Source of the DNA: Candidatus Moraniibacteriota bacterium
GTDB taxonomy: Bacteria; Patescibacteriota; Minisyncoccia; Moranbacterales; UBA9337
Assembly (NCBI GenBank): GCA_029865125.1
Contig: JAOUHN010000004.1
Location: forward strand, 1-41,731
DNA length: 41,731 bases
Direction: 5' to 3'
Under the pieces are notes generated by a model. The model made no database searches and was not told the DNA's origin. It saw only the letters and a list, made by a program, of their open reading frames with translations. Shown in pieces: positions 6,623 through 14,272 of this stretch. How positions within the stretch are numbered: position 1 is the first letter of the stretch; each line of letters starts with the position of its first letter. Position numbers and translations under genes: made by a program.

Positions 6623-9025
6623 ATGAGAGATAATTACAATAAAAAGTTTTTGAGTAAATTGGCTGCACTAAATAATGAAGTTGCAAATAAGCAATTAGTC
6701 GTTGTTGCGGTTGAATTTAGGAAAATTGTTTCGAAGCTTAGAGATAATGATAAAATTTATGACACCCTGGATTTATTAGAGGAATTTGTACATAGGGCAA
6801 CGAAGCAAGCTTTTGAAATAATTGATTTGGTTATGGAAAATAAATATCCTACTAAGAAATATAAGTCTAAATTTGGGGAATATTCAGGGAAGAGTTATGA
6901 GGATTTAGTCTTGAAATGTGTGGGAATATTGGAAATAATTCGATATTATGATAAGGATATTTTTATGAAGCTGATTGATATTCAAGAAAGAGTTAAAAAA
7001 TATGAATCTGTTCAGAAGAAAATCAAGGAAGTTTTGGAGAAGTATTCTAAATATAACTACCATGCGATTAGCAATCCAAAAATAGGATATGGAGTGCAAA
7101 GGAAAATTCTTGATGAAATTTTGAAATGGACTCCTCAGCAAAAAAAGAAAATATTTGATTTGATTGAAATTGTAACTCGTGAGTTTTTGAAGAGTTCTTT
7201 TGAGGGAACTTCAATGAAGGATTATAATACCATGGTTTTTCAGAGAGGGTCTCTTGGCGTGAATAAGTTTTTGAAAAATATTCGAAGAGAAACGATTGAT
7301 ATGCTTGTGGAGATGTTTGAAGGTACTAGAAGTGAAAATGTAAAATTGAGAATATTGAATATTTTGAATGAGGCGACAAGAAAGCCTATGGAGGGATATG
7401 ATGACAAAATGGTTGAAATGGTTGAAGGTGATGTTGAATATCTTGTGAAAATTTATGATCAATTTGCGTTTGGAAAAAATGGTAAGATTTCAAGTTTTCC
7501 GATTGTTAAGGAGATAGAAGATAAGCTATATTTTTTGAAAAAGGCTTATGGAGAAAATATTCCCGAGATTGAATTACTGAAAAAAAGAATTAATGAAAGT
7601 GAAGAATATCAATTTTTGAAATTACTTGTTAAGGATCATAATGATTTGGCCATTAGTGAAAAAGACTTAAATGATGAGATAAAAGAGTTGGTTAATTCTA
7701 TTGATGAGGATGATTTGGGTAGATATTGTGATGCACTGGAGAAGTTATCCAGTTATGTCAAAAGGAGATTGATTGATGAATGGGAATTAAGTCATGCAAG
7801 GAAATTTTGTTTTGAATTAGCAAAGAATAAACCAGATTTAGCAGGTAAGATTTTGTCTGAAATTATTTTTAATGGAAAGGAATTGAATCATTTTGTGTCA
7901 CAGTTTTTGTGTGGTTTTCGTGCTGAAAATCATACAAGAGAATGGGATAAATTCATTGGGCCAATTGTTGATAAAAAAAACATTGAGATGCTAAAAGTTA
8001 TTCCTTGGTCAGTTTCTTGTATCGTGGAACATGTTGATAGGTATGTAAGAGAGAATGATATAAGGCTGTTGAATGATATCGTGAAGGGGAATAATAAATT
8101 TTCTTTCTTGAGGGATGTTAAGAATGATGTGAGTAAGACAAATTTCCATGTAATCTTAATTGAAGCGTTGGCTGTTATTTGGAAGAAGGATAAGAAGAGA
8201 ATTGAGAAAATAATTATTGAAGAATTGAAGCAGAATAGTGAGGATCAAGGTTGTATTTCTGCATTATTGAATAATTTGGATTTTTCTTCTTATAGGAAAG
8301 TTCTTGATCTTTTAGAATTTAGTGATGGAAATATAAAGTTTATTATTGGTTTATTGGTTGAAATAGATAAGTTGGATCATCGAATGCAGGAGTTGATGGT
8401 TATTCTTAGTGAAAAATATTATGAGAATGTCATGAATGTTTTCATGAAACGGATTAATAATCGACAAAATATGAAAGAAAAGGGCAATTATGAAGCAGTT
8501 CCATATCATTTCAATCAAGAGCTGAAAGAGGCTATTGTGAATGGAGAAGAATATGAAAAGTTTATGTTGGAGTGGATTGAGTTGGCAAAGAAAGGAAGTT
8601 ATATTTTTTGCATGGATACTGGAAGACTTTTGAGAAGAGTTGATGGAGTGAAAAAGGAATATATTTTGAAAGTTTTGGATAAGAATAGCACAGAAAAGGA
8701 AATTGAAAATATTTTGAAAATGTTTACTTTTGATGTTCCTGATTATGAAATTTTGATTGGGATTATAAAGATGACTGACAAGAAGGAGATCTGGGGAAAC
8801 ATTGAAGGTGTGTTGGCTCAAACAGGGGTTGTGTCTGGTGAGCATGGAATTTCAGATAGCTATAAGCGGAAGGTAAAAGATTTTGAGAAATATAAAAAGG
8901 ATAAGGATGAGAATGTCAAAAAGTTTGCTGAAGGATTTGTTGATAATATGAATCAAAGAGCTAAGGAGGAAAGAAAAAGAGAGGATGAAGAAATTGCGCT
9001 TCGAAAAATTGAATTTGAAGGGTGA
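6623..9025 (+). CDS. Large alpha-helical repeat protein, likely partner of the upstream ORF
   Basis: 800 aa, all-helical amphipathic pattern, 4-bp gap to the upstream gene. C-terminal GVVSGEHG...DENVKKFA...RAKEERKRE resembles tails of large REase-NTPase-helical proteins. Confidence 0.55.
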   Translation: MRDNYNKKFLSKLAALNNEVANKQLVVVAVEFRKIVSKLRDNDKIYDTLDLLEEFVHRATKQAFEIIDLVMENKYPTKKYKSKFGEYSGKSYEDLVLKCVGILEIIRYYDKDIFMKLIDIQERVKKYESVQKKIKEVLEKYSKYNYHAISNPKIGYGVQRKILDEILKWTPQQKKKIFDLIEIVTREFLKSSFEGTSMKDYNTMVFQRGSLGVNKFLKNIRRETIDMLVEMFEGTRSENVKLRILNILNEATRKPMEGYDDKMVEMVEGDVEYLVKIYDQFAFGKNGKISSFPIVKEIEDKLYFLKKAYGENIPEIELLKKRINESEEYQFLKLLVKDHNDLAISEKDLNDEIKELVNSIDEDDLGRYCDALEKLSSYVKRRLIDEWELSHARKFCFELAKNKPDLAGKILSEIIFNGKELNHFVSQFLCGFRAENHTREWDKFIGPIVDKKNIEMLKVIPWSVSCIVEHVDRYVRENDIRLLNDIVKGNNKFSFLRDVKNDVSKTNFHVILIEALAVIWKKDKKRIEKIIIEELKQNSEDQGCISALLNNLDFSSYRKVLDLLEFSDGNIKFIIGLLVEIDKLDHRMQELMVILSEKYYENVMNVFMKRINNRQNMKEKGNYEAVPYHFNQELKEAIVNGEEYEKFMLEWIELAKKGSYIFCMDTGRLLRRVDGVKKEYILKVLDKNSTEKEIENILKMFTFDVPDYEILIGIIKMTDKKEIWGNIEGVLAQTGVVSGEHGISDSYKRKVKDFEKYKKDKDENVKKFAEGFVDNMNQRAKEERKREDEEIALRKIEFEG

Positions 9026-9040
9026 TTTCAAGTAGTGCAG

Positions 9041-9108
9041 TGGTGGCAAAATCAAATCAAAAAAGTTCTCATTCCCAGGTTTTGGGTGGGGACTTTTTGT
9101 TTTTTGTG
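9041..9108. repeat. Intergenic repeat Y, copy 1 (hairpin, terminator-like)
   Basis: AAATCAAAAAAGTTCTCATTCCCAGGTTTTGGGTGGGGACTTTTTGTTT; other copies at 10511, 11498 and 12409. Confidence 0.9.
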
Positions 9109-9123
9109 GGGGGGGTGCAGTGC

Positions 9124-9201
9124 AAACCCTTCTTTAATTCCTCCCCTTGACCCGTCTTCATTGAGTGTTTCGCCGAGGCAAGATGGAAAGAGGAGGAGAT
9201 A
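9124..9201. repeat. REP-like repeat Z, copy 1
   Basis: Shares TCCTCCCCTTGACCCGTCT (19 bp identical), CGCCGAGG and a GGAAAG..GAGGAG..ATAC end with 35996-36076. Confidence 0.8.
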
Positions 9202-9252
9202 CACGAGTTTCAACGGCTCATACGAAAGTGGAGCGTTGTTTTGGCTTGAATC

Positions 9253-9281
9253 TTGACTTTTTTGTGGTTTTTAGATACTAT
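9253..9281 (+). promoter_or_regulatory. Sigma70-like promoter
   Basis: TTGACT-17 bp-TACTAT upstream of ORF 9341. Confidence 0.65.
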
Positions 9282-9340
9282 TATGAGTCCTGAAGAAGAG
9301 GTGGAATTTAACAAAAATTTGTTTCCAAGGAGAGATCGAA

Positions 9341-9679
9341 ATGGCTCAAGACAGTGATAACGCAATGTACCGAATGATCATTGACTACATCAATGGAATT
9401 CGCATGGTGCAAGATGAGCAACTCAACTCTTTCATTGAGGTGTTTGACAAGAGTGTTAATTGGTCAACAGAAGATGCTATTGTTGGCTCGGAGGGAGTGA
9501 AAGCAGCTCTTTCGCGTCCCATGACATTGAAAGAAATTGAAGAATTTTTTCGGAAGCAGACTAGTGCCGTGTGTGCCATCGTTGATCCGGAATTTGCCGG
9601 CACCAAAAATCAGTGCCTTGGAATTTTTATCAGGGCTCTAAATAAAGAGGATTTATTTTCTGAGCCAGTGCTGTTCTAG
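9341..9679 (+). CDS. Hypothetical protein
   Basis: Has its own promoter, an AAGGAG SD and a downstream hairpin; no recognisable motif. Confidence 0.7.
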   Translation: MAQDSDNAMYRMIIDYINGIRMVQDEQLNSFIEVFDKSVNWSTEDAIVGSEGVKAALSRPMTLKEIEEFFRKQTSAVCAIVDPEFAGTKNQCLGIFIRALNKEDLFSEPVLF

Positions 9680-9696
9680 GATATTTTCAGGATTAG

Positions 9697-9737
9697 GAGA
9701 CCTTTTGTAGCCCGAGTGTTGCAATGGGTCCCTTTTT
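9697..9737 (+). terminator. Putative intrinsic terminator
   Basis: GGAGACC...GGTCCC stem followed by a T-run. Confidence 0.5.
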
Positions 9738-9764
9738 ATTTCTAGCTTCGAATGGTTTTGAGTG

Positions 9765-9796
9765 AAATAAAAAGGATTAGGTATCTTTTTGATTTT
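9765..9796. repeat. Intergenic motif X, copy 1
   Basis: AAATAAAAAGGATTAGGTATCTTTTTGAT; related copies at 10478, 11411 and 12378. Confidence 0.7.
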
Positions 9797-9943
9797 TGCG
9801 ACATAATCTCTCATACATAGAATTATGATGCAAATCGTTCGTGATTCCTTGACAGTCTATTTGAAAAATGAGAGCATTTAGGAAGAACTTTTTGAATTTA
9901 ATTTTGCAGATTACTGATCATAAAACATAAGGGGAGGTAGTTT

Positions 9944-10396
9944 ATGTCCAATGCGGATTGCTTGGGAGGCATGTGTCGGCATTATGAAGGAATAGGATGT
10001 GCGATAATCAATCCAACTAAGGGCTTTCAGCTCTCCTTGAAAGAAGGAAAGGTTTTCGAGTATTGCTCTGGGAGAGATTCTTGTGGAAGATCTTTGGATT
10101 TCGGGACTGGCCGCACTTATTTGGTAGACAAATATAGTGGGAGATTACACAACTCCAGTGATTGGGATTCTGGTTGGATTGATTTCCTTGAAGAATCAAC
10201 CGGAAAAAATCTTTCGGAAACTGACAGGGGGTTTATTGATGCTCTCAGAAAGGAGTATGCAACGCCCGGAACTGAAATGCCAAGGTTTATGGTGATTGTA
10301 GAGAAATTTTCAAAAGAGCTGAAAGAATCCTCTTTTTCTGGCATTGAAGAAGTGCTCAAATGGGCAGGTCTTCCAGGTGTGTCTGGTGGCGGTTGA
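9944..10396 (+). CDS. Hypothetical protein with a Cys-rich N-terminus
   Basis: Strong SD (GGGGAGGT), TTGACA at 9849 and a downstream terminator. Confidence 0.7.
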   Translation: MSNADCLGGMCRHYEGIGCAIINPTKGFQLSLKEGKVFEYCSGRDSCGRSLDFGTGRTYLVDKYSGRLHNSSDWDSGWIDFLEESTGKNLSETDRGFIDALRKEYATPGTEMPRFMVIVEKFSKELKESSFSGIEEVLKWAGLPGVSGGG

Positions 10397-10435
10397 AGAG
10401 GTGTGTCTATAGTTCGCGAGGTTAGTGAATAGGAG

Positions 10436-10470
10436 CTGCCGGAGGAGAATACTTCTTCGGCAGTTTTTTT
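10436..10470 (+). terminator. Intrinsic terminator
   Basis: CTGCCGGAGGAG-aata-CTTCTTCGGCAG followed by T7. Confidence 0.75.
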
Positions 10471-10477
10471 ATTTCCT

Positions 10478-10630
10478 AAATAAAAAGTGTTCAGGTACCT
10501 TTTTGATCCACAGTGAAAAAATCAAAATCAAAAAAGTTCTCATTCAGGTTTTGGGTGGGGACTTTTTGTTTTTTGTGAAAGCTTAACTTTTGTTTCTTGG
10601 GGTGGTATGATTTAATTAGTTTGAGGTTTA
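10478..10630 (+). repeat. X + Y + promoter module upstream of the SDR gene
   Basis: X (10478-10507), Y (10511-10577), then TTAACTTTT...TGGTATGATTTAATTAGTTT; homologous to 12378-12524. Confidence 0.85.
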
Positions 10631-10655
10631 TTAAATTGTTAAATGAAAATGAATT

Positions 10656-11393
10656 ATGAAATTTGAAGATAAGATAGTTTTGGTTACTGGGGGTGGCAGA
10701 GGAATTGGAGCAGAGACAGCAAAGAACTTTGCGCGAGAAGGTGCTACTGTGATTATTAATTACGTTTCCGATGAAGATTCAGCAAAGAAAGTGCTTGATG
10801 ATATTGACGGGAAGGGTGAGATTGTGAAAGCTGATGTTAGTGATGAAGCGCAAGTGGATGAAATGTTTGAAAAAATTGAAAAGTCTTATAGTAAGATTGA
10901 CATTCTAGTGAATAGCGCAGGAATTGTTTCTCCTAAATCATTTGCAGAGCTTTCAGTGGGTGACTGGCGAAAAACTCATGCCGTTAATTTGGATTCTGTG
11001 TTTTTATGTTGCAAAAAAGCTGTACCTTTGATGAATAGTGGAGGATCTATAGTGAATGTCGCGTCAATAAGAGGGTTGTTTGATCAAGGGAGACCAGGAG
11101 TGATTGATTATTCAAGTTCAAAGGCAGCAGTGATCAGCTTCACAAAGACACTAGCAAAAGAAGTGGCTCCTGATATTAGGGTGAACTCAGTTTCTCCAGG
11201 GGTGACAAATACGGATATTGCTAAGGGATTTTCAAAGGAATTACTTGAAAAGTTTGTTGATGACATTTATTTGAGAAGGATCATTGAGCCTCAAGAAGTT
11301 GCAGATGCAATATTGTTTTTATCTTCCAAGGAAGCCAGTGCTATAACAGGTGTCAATTTAATGGTGGATGGTGGGCAAAGTCTGGGTAAGTAG
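10656..11393 (+). CDS. Short-chain dehydrogenase/reductase (FabG-like)
   Basis: TGGGRGIG, NSAG, YSSSK (YxxxK), RVNSVSPG and VDGG motifs. Confidence 0.95.
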   Translation: MKFEDKIVLVTGGGRGIGAETAKNFAREGATVIINYVSDEDSAKKVLDDIDGKGEIVKADVSDEAQVDEMFEKIEKSYSKIDILVNSAGIVSPKSFAELSVGDWRKTHAVNLDSVFLCCKKAVPLMNSGGSIVNVASIRGLFDQGRPGVIDYSSSKAAVISFTKTLAKEVAPDIRVNSVSPGVTNTDIAKGFSKELLEKFVDDIYLRRIIEPQEVADAILFLSSKEASAITGVNLMVDGGQSLGK

Positions 11394-11410
11394 TATGTTG
11401 CTAGTAATAG

Positions 11411-11438
11411 ATAAAAAAAGTCAGGCATCTTTTTGATT
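11411..11438. repeat. Intergenic motif X, copy 3
   Basis: ATAAAAAAAGTCAGGCATCTTTTTGATT. Confidence 0.7.
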
Positions 11439-11457
11439 AACTTGTGGTTATAGACAG

Positions 11458-11484
11458 GGATCCTGAATCAAGTTCAGGATGACA
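11458..11484. repeat. REP/MITE half element of the GTCAT-terminated family
   Basis: GGATCCTGAATCAAGTTCAGGATGACA hairpin; same GATGACA terminus as the element at 39459-39680. Confidence 0.7.
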
Positions 11485-11497
11485 AGGTAGTGGCGGA

Positions 11498-11560
11498 TGG
11501 TGGCAAAACCAAAATCAAAAAAGTTCTCATTCCCATGTTTGGGGTGGGGACTTTTGTTTG
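11498..11560. repeat. Intergenic repeat Y, copy 3
   Basis: TGGTGGCAAAACCAAAATCAAAAAAGTTCTCATTCCCATGTTTGGGGTGGGGACTTTTGTTT, followed by TATAAT at 11582. Confidence 0.9.
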
Positions 11561-11616
11561 CAACATTTCTTTTGAAAGGGGTATAATGAAGGAAAGGTAA
11601 ATTAAATTCAAGGAAT

Positions 11617-12378
11617 ATGAAAGCAGAAGAATTGGTTTTGATTGAAAAAGGAAATTTGGAGGTGGTGTTGGATGACAATAAAATTGTTTTGCCTGATTCA
11701 ATTCAAAAGGATATCGATGAGCATTGGGAGGGGTTGTTGAGAGATGGCAACAATTTCAAAAGAGGAGAGGTTTTCACAATCAAAAGTGTTGAAAAGAAAG
11801 ACAGAGGTACAGTTGTTGAATTGAGTGTTTCGGATTATGCTCACTATTTGTACACTCAAAGAGTTGGATTGGAAAACAAATATGCTTGCAAAAATTTGCA
11901 CACTTCATGCTTGATCGAAACATGCGATGAAAAACTTGTTTTTGGGAGAATGGGAAGACACACTGCCATGTCTGGAGTCATTCAATGTGCTGGAGGAGGT
12001 TTGGACAATGATGACATCAAGGGGAAGAATGTTGATTTGGAGAACAACATCAAAAGAGAATTGATGGAGGAGGTTGGAATTGAAGCAAAAAACAAAGAAA
12101 TCGTTGATGAGCTCAGAATCAAATATTTGAAATATAGTCTGGACACCAATAAGGTGGCAGCTATTTTTGTTTTGAAGTTGAAAATTGATTCGCAAGAATT
12201 TATGCGCTTGTACGACAGTTTTGAAAGTGATTGCAAAAAGAAAGGTGAGTTGCCTGAATTTGAAGAAATTGTGTGTTTGCCAAAAAACAGATCAGAAGTT
12301 GAGGAATTTGTTCAAAAAGAAAGGGATCATCTGAATCATTACATGGAAGTTTTGCTGAAAAGCGAGGCTTCAGAATGA
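11617..12378 (+). CDS. NUDIX-family hydrolase
   Basis: GGGLD...IKRELMEEVGI Nudix box with an insertion. Confidence 0.8.
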   Translation: MKAEELVLIEKGNLEVVLDDNKIVLPDSIQKDIDEHWEGLLRDGNNFKRGEVFTIKSVEKKDRGTVVELSVSDYAHYLYTQRVGLENKYACKNLHTSCLIETCDEKLVFGRMGRHTAMSGVIQCAGGGLDNDDIKGKNVDLENNIKRELMEEVGIEAKNKEIVDELRIKYLKYSLDTNKVAAIFVLKLKIDSQEFMRLYDSFESDCKKKGELPEFEEIVCLPKNRSEVEEFVQKERDHLNHYMEVLLKSEASE

Positions 12379-12524
12379 AACCAATGGGTTAGTTATCTTT
12401 TTGTTTAGCAGTGAAAAAATCAAACCAAAAAAGTCCTCATTTCAGTTTTTGGATGGGGCTTTTTGTTTTCTAGTCTTTAACTTTTATCCCTAAGGATGGT
12501 ATAATTGAATTAGTTTAGGGTAAT
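12378..12524 (+). repeat. X + Y + promoter module upstream of ORF 12542
   Basis: Degenerate X, then CAGTGAAAAAATCAAACCAAAAAAGTCCTCATT...GGATGGGGCTTTTTGTTT, then TTAACTTTT...TGGTATAATTGAATTAGTTT. Confidence 0.85.
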
Positions 12525-12541
12525 TATTGATTAGGGGGAAC

Positions 12542-13780
12542 ATGAAGATGATTAATGAAATCACAAGAAAAAACGTGGCAATCTGGGTGATTTTTGTTTT
12601 GATTTCTTTTGCTGTGAGCGGGGGAGTGTATTTTTTGGTTCAGAAAAACTCAAAAAACATTATTGAAGAATATGAACTTCGGATTAGTGAAGAAAAAGAA
12701 AGAGCGGAAAAGCTTGAGTTTGAGTTGGCTGTGAAAAAAGAGCAGGAGAGGGTGGCGGCACTGGAGAAGCAAAAACCGAAACTTGATCTTTTGCCACCTG
12801 ACATTGAAAGAATGAAAAGACAAGGGTGCATCACAGACGGACTCTTGAATGGATATAGTAAAGGAACGGAAGATGCAACTGAGTTGGTGAACAGATCTAG
12901 TTGCTATTATCTTCATCGAGCTGTTGAAACATGGTTAAAACCGCCTGATTTTAAGGATATTGAAGAGACAATGGGAAAGATAAAGAAGGATAGGAAAAAT
13001 TTGGTGTATGGAATGTTTATTGCAGAGGCAATTGACACAAAGGCAGATTATTTCTATGAAGCTGAGAACAGAGAGTTGGATTTTGGTGATATGTGCAGAC
13101 CGGGAAGCAAAAATGTTTGGGGGGAACACACTTGTAAGCCATCATTCAAAGAGAAGGAATATCGTTTGTATGTTTTGGACATCACAAAAAAAGCAATAGA
13201 CTTGGGAGTTCAAAGTTTCATGTTTGGTCAGGTTTTCTATCAAGACTATATCAATGATTCGCATATTGGAGAGGTGCTCAAAGAAATGCGGGCATATGCA
13301 AAGGCTAGAGAAGTTGAGATTGTGATCGGCGCTCAAACAAATGACATTGAAAATGAGGAATATTTGCGACAATTTGATTTCATTGAGGGGGGAGTGGGAA
13401 TAGACGCTGGAGGAAAAATTGAGAAGGGTCCATGTTTTTCTCGTTGGTGGAAAAAAGAAGGGGATTGGTGTTGGGCACTTCTTTGGAATGAAAAGTTTTC
13501 CAAAAAGGCGAACAATGTTTTGGTTCATTTGGACTGGAGTGGAGTGAAGGGTGACGACATGGGAATTTTTGCTGAAATGAGCCGAGAAAAAAGAGCTGAG
13601 ACTTTGAGGTATCTGGATGAATATTTCACAAAAAGAGACGTGGGATTTCTTTTTCCAATGGTCACCCCGCTATACAAGGAAAACGGAGGGTGTCACGGAA
13701 AATCAAGGAAATATTATTCAGCAAGCAACGAACATTCTTGCAAAGACGAGGACGTGATTAATGAATTGTTGGTGAAATAG
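12542..13780 (+). CDS. Membrane-anchored extracellular protein (TM, coiled coil, Cys/Trp-rich possibly glycoside-hydrolase-like domain)
   Basis: N-terminal TM, E/K-rich stalk, paired Cys and aromatic-rich domain. ATG at 12542 preferred over the TTG at 12527. Confidence 0.65.
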   Translation: MKMINEITRKNVAIWVIFVLISFAVSGGVYFLVQKNSKNIIEEYELRISEEKERAEKLEFELAVKKEQERVAALEKQKPKLDLLPPDIERMKRQGCITDGLLNGYSKGTEDATELVNRSSCYYLHRAVETWLKPPDFKDIEETMGKIKKDRKNLVYGMFIAEAIDTKADYFYEAENRELDFGDMCRPGSKNVWGEHTCKPSFKEKEYRLYVLDITKKAIDLGVQSFMFGQVFYQDYINDSHIGEVLKEMRAYAKAREVEIVIGAQTNDIENEEYLRQFDFIEGGVGIDAGGKIEKGPCFSRWWKKEGDWCWALLWNEKFSKKANNVLVHLDWSGVKGDDMGIFAEMSREKRAETLRYLDEYFTKRDVGFLFPMVTPLYKENGGCHGKSRKYYSASNEHSCKDEDVINELLVK

Positions 13781-13792
13781 TATTTTGAGAAC

Positions 13793-13821
13793 AAAAAAAG
13801 CACCTGTAAAAGGTGCTTTTT
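13793..13821. terminator. Bidirectional terminator-like hairpin
   Basis: AAAAAAGCACC-tgtaaa-AGGTGCTTTTT. Confidence 0.7.
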
Positions 13822-13862
13822 GTTACATGTTCTATATTCCATGCTTCATGCTTTATGTACAA

Positions 13863-14010
13863 TGTTGGGTCGGAGGGATTCCTTTTCACCCATTACTCCT
13901 CGCTCTCCTGTCACTTGAGAGTGACAGGATCGCAGACTTGTAATTCCTTCAAAGCCGGGGTTTTCAAAAAAGCAAAATCGTTTGCTTTTTTGAAATACCC
14001 TTCGAATCCC
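13863..14010 (-). mobile_element. tRNA-linked structured element ending in a 19-bp duplicate of the tRNA-Gln 3' end
   Basis: TGTTGGGTCGGAGGGATTC at 13863-13881 equals 14067-14085. Internal hairpins TCCTGTCAC/GTGACAGGA and TTTCAAAAAAGCAAA/TTTGCTTTTTTGAAA are closed by GGGATTC/GAATCCC. Confidence 0.7.
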
Positions 14011-14027
14011 AGATCTCTAAAAAATAA

Positions 14028-14061
14028 AATCAAAAAACACCCCAAAGGGCGTTTCTTGATT
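14028..14061 (-). terminator. Terminator-like hairpin downstream of tRNA-Gln
   Basis: AATCAAAAAACACCC-caaa-GGGCGTTTCTTGATT. Confidence 0.65.
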
Positions 14062-14068
14062 TCACTTG

Positions 14069-14140
14069 TTGGGTCGGAGGGATTCGAACCCCCGGATGCT
14101 AGGACCAAAACCTAGTGCCTTACCGCTTGGCGACGACCCA
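14069..14140 (-). tRNA. tRNA-Gln (anticodon UUG), CCA not encoded
   Basis: Minus strand TGGGTCGTCGCCAAGCGGTAAGGCACTAGGTTTTGGTCCTAGCATCCGGGGGTTCGAATCCCTCCGACCCAA: 7-bp acceptor stem, CTAGG/CCTAG anticodon stem with TTG, TTCGAAT T-loop. Confidence 0.97.
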
Positions 14141-14190
14141 ATGTTATAAATTTTCAAATATTTTTTAGCTTCTTCTTTTTTGTTATTAAT

Positions 14191-14248
14191 GTGCCTTATC
14201 CGCCTCGGTGAGCCTCGGGCGAGACGGGCCGCTTGGCGACGACCCAAT
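14191..14248 (-). pseudogene. Duplicated 5' part of tRNA-Gln interrupted by a 30-bp insertion
   Basis: 14229-14248 equals 14123-14142 and 14191-14198 equals 14115-14122; the insert spans 14199-14228. Confidence 0.85.
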
Positions 14249-14272
14249 ATTAAAACAAGCTCGTAACTTGTT

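Noticed and set aside
9035-9256. 73-aa ORF
   Set aside because: It runs through repeats Y and Z; likely a chance ORF.
9041-12524. Canonical integron attC sites
   Set aside because: I cannot find consistent RYYYAAC...GTTRRRY cores in X or Y, there is no intI, and the genes have their own promoters.
14191-14248. Intron-containing or split second tRNA gene
   Set aside because: The copy stops before the anticodon arm, and the available 5' and 3' fragments together lack the anticodon.
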